Shown here in pieces: positions 37,547 to 49,170 of a stretch of 64,000 bases of DNA. Position 1 is the stretch's first letter; each line of letters opens with the position of its first letter. The translations under genes were made by a program, and so were the position numbers. The stretch covers positions 3,448,738 through 3,512,737 of the forward strand of contig OZ316896.1 in NCBI GenBank assembly GCA_973895155.1, in the 5' to 3' direction. Below the pieces are notes generated by a model. That model worked only from the letters and a program-made list of their open reading frames with translations. It searched no databases and was not told where the DNA came from. This stretch comes from Marsupella aquatica. Its lineage: Eukaryota; Plantae; Marchantiophyta.

Positions 37547-37945
37547 GAATGCAAGATGGGATACACGGTATCCCTCTTCGTATCCAACCGCTCCTATTTC
37601 GGCTCTTTCAGAGAGAAAGCATGAAATCTTGGAGATGAATGCGAAATGGGATACCGCGTATCCCACTTCGTATCCAACCGCTCCTATTCCAACTCTTTCA
37701 TAGAGAAAGCATGAAATCTGGGAGATGAATCGGAAGTGGGATACCGCGTATCCCACTTCCGATTCAACCCCTTAGTTGCGCTGAGAAATATGAAAACCTT
37801 TGAAGATTTTCATGTTGAATGCAAAGTGGGATACAGGGTATCCCACTTCGTATTCATCCCCAAATCTCAGTGCGTTTTCCTTCTCAAACAAGAATTTGGC
37901 CAAAGTGAATGCGAAGTGGGATACGCGGTATCCCACTTCGGATTC
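37547..37945. repeat. Five-unit, 90-bp-period array of a ~39-bp palindrome GAATGCGAAGTGGGATAC-NNN-GTATCCCACTTCGNATTC
   Basis: GGGATAC cores start at 37558, 37648, 37738, 37828, 37918. Confidence 0.92.
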
Positions 37946-38709
37946 ATCCTCCCAATTTGTCTCAAAATGGAGTGTAGACTGTATTCTCACCTAGTGAAGG
38001 ATTGTCTGCCGAGCGAATACAAATGTCTATAGATATCAAGGATTTGGAAAGAGTGAGAGGTGGCGCAAGCGATAAGAAATGAGCGTACCTTTTCGGGGGG
38101 GGGGCACTCTTATTTATACTTTTTCCCCTCACTACGTAACAAGGGTCGGAGTTAGTTACTCGCAATAGTCGTATGAAATACTCAAGGCAAATCTAGACTT
38201 ATGCATTACGACCATTTCATTTTACCATGTTTGAAGAATGTTTTACGGAAAAATATAGTGGGGTAATCCGATATGGGATACCCTCATTCGGATGCTATTG
38301 GCAACGAGAAACTAAAGGTTTGGAAGCCAGCCAGGGCAATATGTTGAGAATCTGAGTTTGGCCCAAAGATGTGCCACAAAAGATAGTAAATATTGATTCA
38401 TGAAAAAAAAATTTACAAGTAGCTCACCATGAGCACACATAAACATGAATGATAGAACATGAATCAAGCTAACCCTCAAGTCTGTCCATATATTTCCACT
38501 AGGCTGGCTTGCTGATCTTTCTCTAGATTTACCTAGTCCCTTTGAAATCGACTTAGTTCTGATGTCGAAAACAAACCAAGGAAATCAATTGAGGGAAGAT
38601 TCGAAATTTCCATCCTAAAAAAGTTTGCGAGATGAACATTCTGAAGAGGGTCTCCATGGGGAACGCTATCAAGCAATTCATTTAATCCCTCAAACTGGCT
38701 TCGTGCTAG

Positions 38710-39036
38710 TCAAAGGAGACCCCATACTCGTGTACAAACTACAAGTTGGTTCCATTTTTTTGAGGAGGATCCCAGCCAAATCATTTCTTTTAGTCGGCTG
38801 AGTCTGTCTTCAGCGGAGATCTTGGAAGAATCAAATTCATCCTCGATGCAAGAAACTTTCAAAATTGGCCATATGAATGTTTCAACAATCTCATTAGGAA
38901 GTCCATCCAAAAGTAGTCCGGATTCTCTTTGGCCCTGTTTCTGCTCAATTTGTTTCTTCTTCTCTTTCTCAAATATGGTCGCTAACCTTCCGAAGATAAG
39001 GTTTTGAGGGATGGCCATTCCAAACCAGTTTGACAC
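38710..39036 (-). CDS. F-box-like small ORF (probably truncated)
   Basis: LLDGLPNEIVETFIWPIL ... LGSSSKKWNQLV matches the F-box LP.EI...I / L..V.K.W..L pattern. Confidence 0.55.
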   Translation of the reverse strand: MSNWFGMAIPQNLIFGRLATIFEKEKKKQIEQKQGQRESGLLLDGLPNEIVETFIWPILKVSCIEDEFDSSKISAEDRLSRLKEMIWLGSSSKKWNQLVVCTRVWGLL

Positions 39037-39258
39037 AAAAAAAGAAATACCTCGAGTGATAGAGAAAATGGAGAAGTTCTCTTTTTGAAGAACCTACAAA
39101 ACCGGGATCAAAAGATTCAATTACTTTATTTCTTTGATCAAAAGAAAAACATCATGTCTAAATCTTTGTGAGCCAAGAATACTGAACAAGACTCCAAATA
39201 TTTGTGAGCCAAGAATCAAAAAGATTCAATGGGAAGAGTTAACCCAAGGATCTTCGTT

Positions 39259-39582
39259 TCAAATTCGACAACACAAGTATGCCAATCGATGATACTTGTT
39301 TTGATCATCACGACAATAATTACACGAAGAATCAACAGAATGCAGACAACCACTCAAATAAATTCTTGACCGAATTGGAACTCCTTGCTCATTCTTTTTG
39401 CAAAACTCAATTTGGAGCGGATTGAGACTATCTCGAGGATCTACGCCTCCCATCCAAAGCGCTCCTAATCCAACAGGAAGCACTTTGAGTTCAACTAATC
39501 TCTTATACAATCGATGGGCACGTTTATCTTGGTTTTGAATCTGGATTGTCATTGAACTCACGGTTGAAAATGTAAGTCTCAA
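39259..39582 (-). CDS. Small Cys/His-containing ORF of unknown function, inside the element
   Basis: 107-codon ORF with C.H....C..C...CC; no family recognised. Confidence 0.3.
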   Translation of the reverse strand: MRLTFSTVSSMTIQIQNQDKRAHRLYKRLVELKVLPVGLGALWMGGVDPRDSLNPLQIEFCKKNEQGVPIRSRIYLSGCLHSVDSSCNYCRDDQNKYHRLAYLCCRI

Positions 39583-41045
39583 AGAAAGCTAAAGCTTTAA
39601 TAGTTTGTCACTCCAAAATGGCGGGCTCGAAGGAAGCAAGAGCTTTTGTCAAAGTTGATTAGAACCTAGCCTGCAAAACCATCACCAATACTTGAGATAT
39701 CTTTTGCCATCGCAAAAAAGCTATTGCTGAATACCCAAAGGGATACGCCGTATCCCACTTCGCATTCAAACTTTGCCTTTCGGACCTAACCTGATTGATA
39801 TTCAGAGGTTGAATACCATATGGGATACCGGGTATCCCACTTCGCATTCAACATTGAAATTTCCTGCATTTTCAACCAAGAGCTTCTTAGTATGTAGAGG
39901 TTGGATGCGAAGTGGGATACCGGGTATCCCACTTGGCATACCTATTTATAGTTTCCCCCCGACCATGGTCAGTTTCTAACCATAGTTTCGTCGTAGTCAA
40001 TTAAAAGTGACCATTAAAAGGAATCCTCTAGGAATATTCTTGATGGGTAAACTGTACTCACCCCTTTTACTGCGTTTGTTGGTTTTTTTTTTGAAAATTG
40101 CGGTGGGATCCGAAATGGGATACGCCGTATCCCTGCTTCGGATTCAAGTCATTTTTTCCCGTTTTAAAAATAAAAAATCTGGGTTATTAGAGGGAATACT
40201 AATTCAGTATCCAACACATTTTTCCTTTTGAATTTTTTTCCGCTGCGGGCAAAACGAGAAGTCCGTCACTATGTTGGGAGTATGAGGGGGGGCGGGTGTG
40301 TGTATACACACACAAGGCACAAATGACCCCCTTAAAACGGAAAAAATAACCCTAAAGCAAAAAATTCCGAATTCTCACCTGACCAGCCGCGATTTACATG
40401 AAGAAAAAAATGATCGCCAATGGGTAAAGTGCCAAAATTTCACCGAGAAGGTCTGCTAGCTCCATAGTGGAAAAACTTTCTGTCGTGTCACACTCACTCC
40501 ACGTCAAGTGCCAATCCCAGACTCAAAACAACCCCCTCGCCGCGATCAAACCGTTGAGCTATAGCACTTCACGTTTCTTTCTCCGAGTTGGTCGTCACAA
40601 AGAGAAACCCGATTCAGATGGGAACAAGCTCCATAGCTTGTGAAAAAACCTGAACGCTTCCTTCACTCGTCACGACGCACTCGGTAACAACTTGACAGCA
40701 ATTCAGCTACCAAAATGATCAGCTTGCTTCAACCTCCAACTTGAGCTACAACATGCGACACCTCCCGCACTGCACAGCTCACACCATTGAAAACACAAAC
40801 TCTGTTCTCTCCCTAGAAAAACCGTCGAACATGTATAAATACGATGCAAACTGTGATTCCTTCGCACCATGGATACCGCTCAGCGAGTTCTAACCACCGT
40901 TAGAGAGCCCTCTCACTAGCCTATCCGCTCAGCCACACACATTCAAGTTTCATGCAACGAAACTCCAAATGTAACACCAACAATGAACGCTAGAAAACTG
41001 TCACGAAAAAACCTCATCACCTCCCAGACATGCTCTGATACCAAT

Positions 41046-41573
41046 TGTTGAGTATAGATGACAATCGCAACGGCGAGCCCATGAACCATCCAACGTACAA
41101 GAGTCGACACAGAGAGATACGTGGTTCACCTCCACATGAGGCTACGTCCACAGGAACACACAAGAGCTTTACTGCACTTTAGGCCGACCGGCCATACCAA
41201 GCATCCACAACACAAGCTCTCACTATCTTTCAACTAGCTCCGTAACAATGAGCCTTAGTCCCCAAAGAGGCTGGCATCAGCTCAGGCTATATACACAACA
41301 GCACTACTGCTAACCTTTTATTATTTTTTTAATTTTAATTTTTTAAAAGGAGAAATCTGTGAAACCCCACAGAAAGGGAAGAGTCAACCACAATAGTTGG
41401 GAAGTGTCAGCCACAACAGTTGAACCCAAGACCTATCAGTCTCAATTCAAGTGAGCTACCATAAAGTCATGCCTCTCTGGGCAGCACTACTGCTAACCTT
41501 AGGTAAGTCCTAACCCGAGTTAGCCTAACTATGGTTAGCTCGTGAGTCACAAGACTAAGAGCAATACCTAACA
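41046..41573 (-). repeat. 5' LTR of copia-2 (contains a SINE)
   Basis: Matches 21639-22340; adjacent PBS GCTCTGATACCA. Confidence 0.93.
41318..41481 (-). mobile_element. tRNA-derived SINE, 164 bp, 19-bp TSD
   Basis: TSD CAGCACTACTGCTAACCTT at 41299-41317 and 41482-41500. A-rich tail on the minus strand. A-box-like TGACTTTATGG and B-box-like GGTTCAACT. Confidence 0.8.
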
Positions 41574-44169
41574 CTCTCCATTGGCATATTCATGAGTACG
41601 TTGGTCTTCTTTGTCAAACATTCCTTCTGCCTCAATTTCTTTGTACAAATCATGGCTCTCACTTGACAAAATTTCTCTAGGTTCCATGATTCAATGTTGC
41701 TATGTGCGCCTGTATGAGCGTCTTCCAAAGTTGAACAAAAATGAACAGGTGAAGTTTGATTTTTCTATTTTTTGGCTATAGTACATCTCAGTCTATGTAT
41801 GGGTCCATAAACAAAAAGACTTGTTTGCTGAAGCTCTCTTGTGTTTGGCGCTTGAAGATACACCATTGATTGAAAGAAAGGATAAGCTAAGTTTCGATAT
41901 ATCTTCTCCTGCATGCTCAATCACATATTTACTCCCCGTGAAATTTGGGAGCTATCAAACAACTTTCTGTCTTTTCTGTGTCCCATCCCTCAAAGTGGGT
42001 GTTGTTAACTTTACATGAGGCTGGGCACGTTTGCTCCAGCCTGGTAGTATGTTTCCCGGGTTTATTAATTTTAGATAATGAAGTGGCCCCTGGTGTTGCT
42101 TTGGAAGAGGAGAGACTGAACTGCCCTCACGGTTTTGTGAAGCCCCCCTCGGAATACAGACATACCATCAGCGTCAGGTTTTGGAAGACTTAAAGAACTC
42201 AAAACATCACACATATCATCATTGATTTTGTCCAAAAGGGGAAATGTACACATGCAGTACTAAGGCAAGTAGGACAAGCAAAATTTGCCAAGATGGGCCC
42301 CACTCTATGGGCCTGCGTATGCAGGGAGAGAGAACATTAATTGATAAAGGGAGAGGTCAAACAGAGAACTCTAAGCGCATGTCTATGAAGGAAGAAAAGA
42401 ACGTCAGTAGATACTGGGAGACTGGGAATTACTCTGTGTTTGAATGAGTATTTATAAAGTTTCAATGGTTTGCTTGTTTTTTGGGGTCCACTAAAAGTGT
42501 CGCCTAACCTAAACCTGCAATTTCTAACCCTGTACACCTGATATCCGTGGTACTTTACACAAAAAAATGTATTCTTTACTTATAAATATAGGAAATGAAG
42601 TATGATGTATATAACATTTTATGTGGGTATTTGATTTAGGGGTTGTTTTTAAAGAAGTTTTTACAAGGAACAATGTTGTATCCCAAAGTTGTCCAGAGAG
42701 CGAGAGACAAGCTTCCCCCTCTTCTCCTGGTGCTCCTCTTGTGCAGTGCAAATAGGTCAAAAACTCTCCTACTCTGGTGATGACAGTATGATAGACAGTG
42801 TGGAGTTCTTAAATGTTTTAGTGTACGTAATCATCAAGTCAGAGAACTTACTCACGTTTTTGTTCAGATTTTGCCCAATCAAGATATATGTTCAGATTGA
42901 TAACCTGCATGGCATGATGCGATATTGCGAGGACTTACTGACCTTGTATGCCATCCTTGGTTTTACTATAGTGGAGCTTGTTCCTTGGTTCTATCCGGTC
43001 CCAGTTGAATTGACATCACTGTAGAACCCTCGTATCTTCTCCTTTTCTACTTTCATGGATGGGGTTGTACATAAAGCAGCGTTTGATTTACATCAATGAT
43101 TAGTCAACAACGTTTCTCCCTCAGTCTGCCAGGAGACGGGATGCCAGGCTTAATTTCATTGGCGTTTGCTATCCTGATATATAAGAGTGGCAGAAAGTGT
43201 CATTATATTTGAATGAAAGGTCGAATATATGTAAGTGGTTCTAATTAATTTTGTGCGAACCCAGTTTTTCTTTCTGGCAATTGTTGGTAGACATGTGACA
43301 CGCTCTCGAACCTTCTCCCTAGAATTTCATGTATGTTTTTCATAGAGCTTTTCATGCTGCAATTTTTGAGAGGTGGGGATGACATCTGCAAATTGAAGTC
43401 AAGAAGATGCCAGAACACTTCATGTTCTCAGCTTTCAAGTTGGTTTTCTCTCGTTTAGGCCGTGCTACTGTGAAGGCTTGAGTCAAGCTATCGAAAATTT
43501 ATGACTTTGCAATCCATCAAAGTTGCACTAAAGTTAGCATGCATCCGCTTTCAAGGGAATTCCGTGTGTGCACTTTTCCATTATCATCTCACGGCCTTCG
43601 CGAAATTTTGTTGGACAGCAAGTAGTTCATGTGTGATGTTGACACTTCATGTTTACTTTGTTTCTCTGACCGACATGTGTTCCAGACTGGAGACTTTTTG
43701 GATGTAGCAATTTATCGCTAAGCCCCACACATTGATTCTCATCAATACATGTCACGATTCAACAGATTTACGTCGGTTGATTTGTCGCTCTGGTGATACG
43801 CTTTGCGCTTGTAGTAGCGTTAGTATGTTAAAGCTATTTGATCCGTTCTGGGAGCCCAGTACAACAATTTCAAATGAAGTGCAATTGTACCTGCTCTGAA
43901 CAGTTGTTGGTATTCTTCTTATCAGCAAAATTATACCCTGGCTATAATTCGATCAGTTCGTTCATGTAACTGTCCTGCGTTCTACTCTGAGGATCTTTTG
44001 TTTAATATAACAGACTTTTGCTCATTGGGTGAGTGTTTGTTTCAACACTCCCTTGCACCAGGCAATAGTTTGGTCTGAAATTTAATTTTGTTACTAGCTA
44101 CCTGTTTGCGAAATTTCGGGAAGAAGAAGGGACAAACGAGAGGACAGAAGGAAAAGACAGAGAACTCAT

Positions 44170-47100
44170 TAGAGGAGTGCGATTTCTTAGACTTGGAGGA
44201 AGATCCCAGTCTCTGTGGAAGCAAGATTCACTCACCTAGCTTGCAGACACTTCCCTGAATTGGTCGACAGTTTCAGGACGGGAAGCATAGAGGCCAAAAA
44301 TTGCTGAGATTCAACTGAACTAAAATTGCTCTCTCATAGTGATTTGGAATTAATGATCTTTTCGTTTGCCCGTCCCGCTGAACTGCATTAAACATGAAAG
44401 CTAGAGCCGGAGAACTCTTATCGGAGTACTTGAGTCGTCTCCTATACTGCTCGCCCAACTTCAATGTTCGCAACTGTTTTCACGGGCTACGATGAGACGT
44501 CCTCCTTCAACTGTACAAGTACATAGGTCACGACGACCCACGATCAGATCCCAAAAGCTTTCGTGAACGTCGCCGATGACTTTCTAAAACTTTCGAACAA
44601 CGAACGTACAGTTATACCTTCCCAGATCGCAATCCCAGTTAATTCGTTGCTTCGTTCCATATTTCAACTCCTTTCTGTCCAAGAACAAAGCAAACTCGAA
44701 AGTAACCTCTTGGCGGCCGTTCAGGCCGAGCCACATGTAATTTCCGGAAGTCAGAGAGAACTTACTTTCGACCTTGTGAATGCGTCTCTATAATTACGCG
44801 GCGTACCTAGACCACGTCGTTGCATTGCAAAAGATCGATGACCGTGAACTAAAGTGAATCTCAAATGTGACCGCTTTTTCTTTGATTCAGCCAGGAACGT
44901 GACAGAGGCACGAATTGACAGTTCTATCTTCCCAGATCTCAATCTCAGTTGGTTGCTTCGTTCCATCATTCCTTTCTATCCAAGAGCAAAGCAAAATCGA
45001 AAGTAACCTAGCTAGCTCTGGTGGCCGTTCAGGCCGAGCAGTATTTCATTTTCCGGAGAGAGGTAATTAACTTTTCCGACCTAATTGTGAATGTGTCCTG
45101 CCTATCACGTGGCGAGCATTTCAAGGACGTTTCGATCGAGGTTCCGATCACTCAAAATTCACCACGTCGTTGCCAAAGGATGAATGTGAACTAAAGTGAA
45201 TCTCAAATGAACGATCGCTTTTTCTTGGATTTAACGAATAATTAACGTGAGCCCCATTCCCTGGACAAAATGGGGAGATTACATTCTAACAAGCATATAT
45301 CGGGGTAACAAGCATCGGGCCACAAAAGGAAAGATTTCGTAGTCAGAGTACAGAGCGGAAGATACGAACCCCTGAAGTCCTCCGATCTCCGAGAAAATAT
45401 TCTCAGAATTTAGACCAACTGGCTCTAGTCAGTTGGCTAATCATTAGCCTGGAACTCAGAGGTCCTAGGTTTACCCTCCCCTTCACACACAGGGACACAA
45501 AACTCCTCTTCCTCGTATCTGTTCAAGAAAAAAGGACAGATATAGTTTGAGTCTCCGTGCATTTATGAGACGACAAATATCTATCGAGACCGCTAACGAC
45601 CATGTTTGTCTATCACTTTTGTTCATGAACTTGGGTATAAGGAGAAAAGGCAGACTTGAGAACCAACATAACAGGAAAGCCACAGCTGGAAAAAGGCAGC
45701 CCGGGCGAATATTGAGAAGAGGATCGTGGCAGGTCGCACTCGAATTGTCTGGAAAGCGTCAACAAACTGGATCATGGCATTAGTTTACACCAGAAATCAC
45801 GTAGATTCTCGCTAAAGCAAAAAGCGCGCGATGCCGGGGCGTGGTTCGGACTCCAGGAATGTTTAAAAGCCGCAGCACTTCGACAGGGAAGCTCATCGAT
45901 CTCAAGCTCAGTCCCAGCACAGTAGCCATATATCGCACCCTGTCACCTGAGGATCTAGTAAGTACTTAAACCTTACTACGGATCTACTCCAGCATCGCTA
46001 CTGTACACCGGGATTGAACGCCAAGTCTCTCTCGATCTCTTCCTCTCGCTACTCGCTAGCTCCATCCAATCAATCGTCCAATGGCCTACCGCGGGACGCT
46101 GCTATCTCTCCTGCTCGTGGCACTTGCGGCAGGCGTGGTCATAGATGGTGTGAACGGCGACTCTTCGTTTGTCCGGCGCCGACTGGCTGGACAGGAGACT
46201 GGTGTGCCAGGTGCAGCGTCCACTAACTGCCTTATTCCATGCCTATCGCCCTTCTCCTGCTGCAAACTTCCAAACACCGGAATTCTCCCAGGCCTTTGCA
46301 TTAACACCGGGACCGACCCGTTGAACTGCGGAATCTGCGGTAATGTTTGCCCTCTCGGTTCAATTTGCTGCAAAGGTAAGTGCACGAATTTGCTCAACGA
46401 CCCCAACAACTGTGGAGGTTGCGGCGACAAGTTCAAGTGCCCATTGAAGGACGTATGCAAGTTTGGCATGTGCAAGTATGCAGCATAGGCTCGCAGGATG
46501 CATCCAAGCTGCAGCGTGGGTTCATAGACTACGTGTACCGAGCAGGAAAAGATTCGAACAAAGTTGGAGCTGTGTCGCGTCGATGAAGCTGTAAGGGTGG
46601 TACAAATACCAATAAATGGTCACGGGACGACATGGCAAGAAGGGCAGCTAGAACTATCAAATTAAACCTGAAGTAGGGCATGAGTCAGATCATTTTCTAC
46701 AATTAGGCGATATGACAATGAAAGCTAGCGATTTAGTCATCAGTGGATAAGGCAGTCACAAGTTTCCCACCAGGCCATATGTAGACGAGTTGTATGAGTA
46801 AATTCTCATGAATAACGATACGTAAGAATCCGGTCGCTGTTTGGCAATGAATCAATGAATCCTTGATTTACTAGAAGACAGTTCCTGTGTCCCAGCTCGT
46901 TTGTTCAATGCAGTCAGCTACATTGACTGACGATTGAATGATTGATAAACTGCACGCGAATTTGTGTGTAGGGGTAGAAGTAAGATATGGCCTCTTCTGC
47001 ATTCTGCTCAGCCTTGCGATTTGCCGCTAGCATGATACCTGTCCAACTCGTCAATAAAGTATGAAATCTGATTCCCTTGTCTGACTCTACGCTGAGTTCT

Positions 47101-49170
47101 TGTGAAATTTAATTTGCATTGGTTGTAATCCGAGTTCACACTAACCTCTCAGACAGGTTAATGGGGACGTCTCACGCATCAGTGGTGATGATGATTAGAG
47201 TTTATGTGCGTGACGAAGCATGCTTGAATCAGGAAATTACAATCCTACCTACGAAGTCCATTCAAGAACCAGGACCCAGGTCGCACCATGCTAGCTGGAA
47301 CCCTGGTGGACGATCTCACAAAATTCAGACTGTGACTGTTGGATTTGAAGCCCTTGACGCTTTAATTAGATCTACTGAGTTCATATTCTTAGCGGGCAAA
47401 GAAATACTCTACAGCTAAATCACACTACGTACGTACAGTTTAATTTCACAAGCTTAGATCGAAGGATTCCTTTAGCTTCTCTTTTCATTGCTCTCGTCAT
47501 TGCTTTCAATTTTCAGACGATTGGAGGTCAATTACGACAAATTAAGACGTTGATGGCTAGGCCTATAAATGTGAACTTCTTCAATACTGTTTACTTCGGG
47601 CTGAAGTGAACATTTCCTAGAATTCTCTCGTACATTACATACCATGAGCTCGATCGTAATCATTAATTCCAGTCCATGACCTTGGTCGTGGCGTCTGAGC
47701 GTTGCAGTGAGCCCGGCCAATGCTCGATTTCTACCTACACCCAGGCACCACGGTAGCTTTCGATCACGACGAGTGGGGTCTTTGATGCGACTCTGTTTTG
47801 TTGATTCTCATCGTGGAAGCAAAATGAATGGCTTCTGTCACGGCTACTATTTCACTCCCCTCAGCTCAGCAACTTGCGGTGTTCGCAATATAACCTCTAA
47901 CAATTTTCTCAGTTGTATCAAAATATATCCGACATCATCATTCTACCAACCCCCCTCAATTCGATGATGTTTGGAGAACACGAGTGATTCTTAGGAAAAC
48001 TGGACTTGTTCAATATTCAGACTGTGACACAAGCAGACCTCGGACGTACTGAAGAATGAATCATTTTCAAGTTCCTCAGACCCAATCTGGGCCGTAGCAG
48101 AATGGAAGAAAAAGGAACCGGGTTGGGTATTGGGAGATAGCAAGACAGTCCAAGTTTAGGGAAGTTCGTCACTTGAATGACAGGTTACTCTACTTCCCAA
48201 TGTTCAGAGTACATCGATCTATATGTGATCTATCCACGCAAGATAGAAAGCACCTCGATAGAGCCTTAAAATACATTATAGGATGTGGGGTTACTGCAAG
48301 AGATTACATTACTGATCATACAAAATGATTGTTGAAGTTCCAATTCCCTTGAGGAAGTGTATTGTCTTATTACTTACATCCTAAGCAACGTGCTTGTCTT
48401 ATTACTTACATCCTAAGCAAAAACTTAAAGTATGTCAGATGCATGGCTCCCAACGTCTGGAAAAGCCACCCTCAGTTGTAAGTTGTTTTTTCATGTGAAA
48501 CAGTAGCTCAAAAGACATACTAAACCCTGAGCCGCGACCAACGGGAATCAGTGCTCTTTAAGATTTTCCAGCTTTGGGGAAAGCATTAATGTCACAAGAA
48601 TTAACTATTTTAGACGCCAGCGAGGGAATGCTTGGTATGAATAATTTGTCTGTGAAGTCACCAATTAATTACCTTGCTGACTTACATAGAGGACCATCCA
48701 GTCTTGAACGACAACGTACATTTTTCATGAACTTACAGGCGACACGCAACCATCATGTCTTCTTTCAATCGCGTATCGTGCCTAGCTAGAGCCCAAGCGT
48801 TAAATTGATAGAGCAGATCGAATGATGAACCGGCCGATTTCCAGATATTTCCATCGAGCAATATATTTCTGATGGGACTGAGGAAAAACTCGAAACAGTC
48901 GATGCTGGCTGAATAGTGAATCGAGGTCTCGAAAAAACTCCAAACACTCAATGGAGAAAACGTGTTCGATCTGGAGAAATCGTTTTGAGCTGCTTTGATA
49001 GATGATTGATAAAAAAGTTCAAATGCTGAACTCCCCAAATCGAACACAATGCCGTTGTGAATAGGATGGTGCTGAGAAAAAAATGACACAATACAACAAT
49101 AATCTAGACACTGAGTTGGAACGGGCCAATGTGGTGGGCGGACCAAGGTATCTTTACGGTAAAGTTCCAA
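44170..49170 (+). repeat. Left arm of a ~5-kb inverted segmental duplication
   Basis: Collinear reverse-complement matches to 58660-63280, e.g. TTTCTTAGACTTG (44182) and GGTATCTTTACG.TAAAGTTCCAA (49147). Confidence 0.9.
46081..46488 (+). CDS. STIG1-family secreted cysteine-rich peptide
   Basis: Signal peptide; CC...C, DPLNCGICGNVC, CCKGKC, DPNNCGGCG..C, CKFGMCKYA, the typical Stig1 domain. Confidence 0.93.
   Translation: MAYRGTLLSLLLVALAAGVVIDGVNGDSSFVRRRLAGQETGVPGAASTNCLIPCLSPFSCCKLPNTGILPGLCINTGTDPLNCGICGNVCPLGSICCKGKCTNLLNDPNNCGGCGDKFKCPLKDVCKFGMCKYAA

Larger units (their letters stand above)
27909..40599. mobile_element. 12.7-kb TIR DNA transposon (Sola-like/DUF7869-type transposase) carrying ParB-like/DNA MTase/Ulp1 and F-box-like cargo
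   Basis: 12-bp TIR TGTGACGACCAA (27909-20) / TTGGTCGTCACA (40588-99). AAG on both outer sides (27906-08, 40600-02). A shared internal palindrome family is confined to this interval. Inserted between gag and the PBS of copia-2. Confidence 0.8.
21639..41573 (-). mobile_element. Ty1/copia retrotransposon (copia-2), degenerate, expanded to 20 kb by nested insertions
   Basis: LTRs 21639-22340 and 41046-41573, both 345 bp once inserts are removed. TSD CTCTT/CTCTC. PBS TGGTATCAGAGC (41043-41032). PPT AGGGGGAGTT (22350-22341). Confidence 0.93.

Noticed and set aside
37547-37945. CRISPR-like array (palindromic repeats at regular spacing)
   Set aside because: Eukaryotic TE context, no cas genes, and the inter-repeat segments of units 1-3 are homologous to each other, so this is a tandem repeat.
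27042-40588. 10-bp direct repeat TTCTCCGAGT (27042, 40579) as a Mutator-type TSD
   Set aside because: No TIR lies inside those boundaries; the TIR plus AAG boundaries at 27909/40599 fit better. Not fully excluded.
45415-45545. tRNA/SINE-like insert present only in the left arm of the duplication
   Set aside because: A/B boxes are degenerate, with no cloverleaf and no clear TSD; too weak to call.
46086-46475. Antisense 129-aa ORFs over both STIG1-like genes, and other antisense ORFs over TE genes
   Set aside because: Shadows of the real coding strand; no independent motifs.
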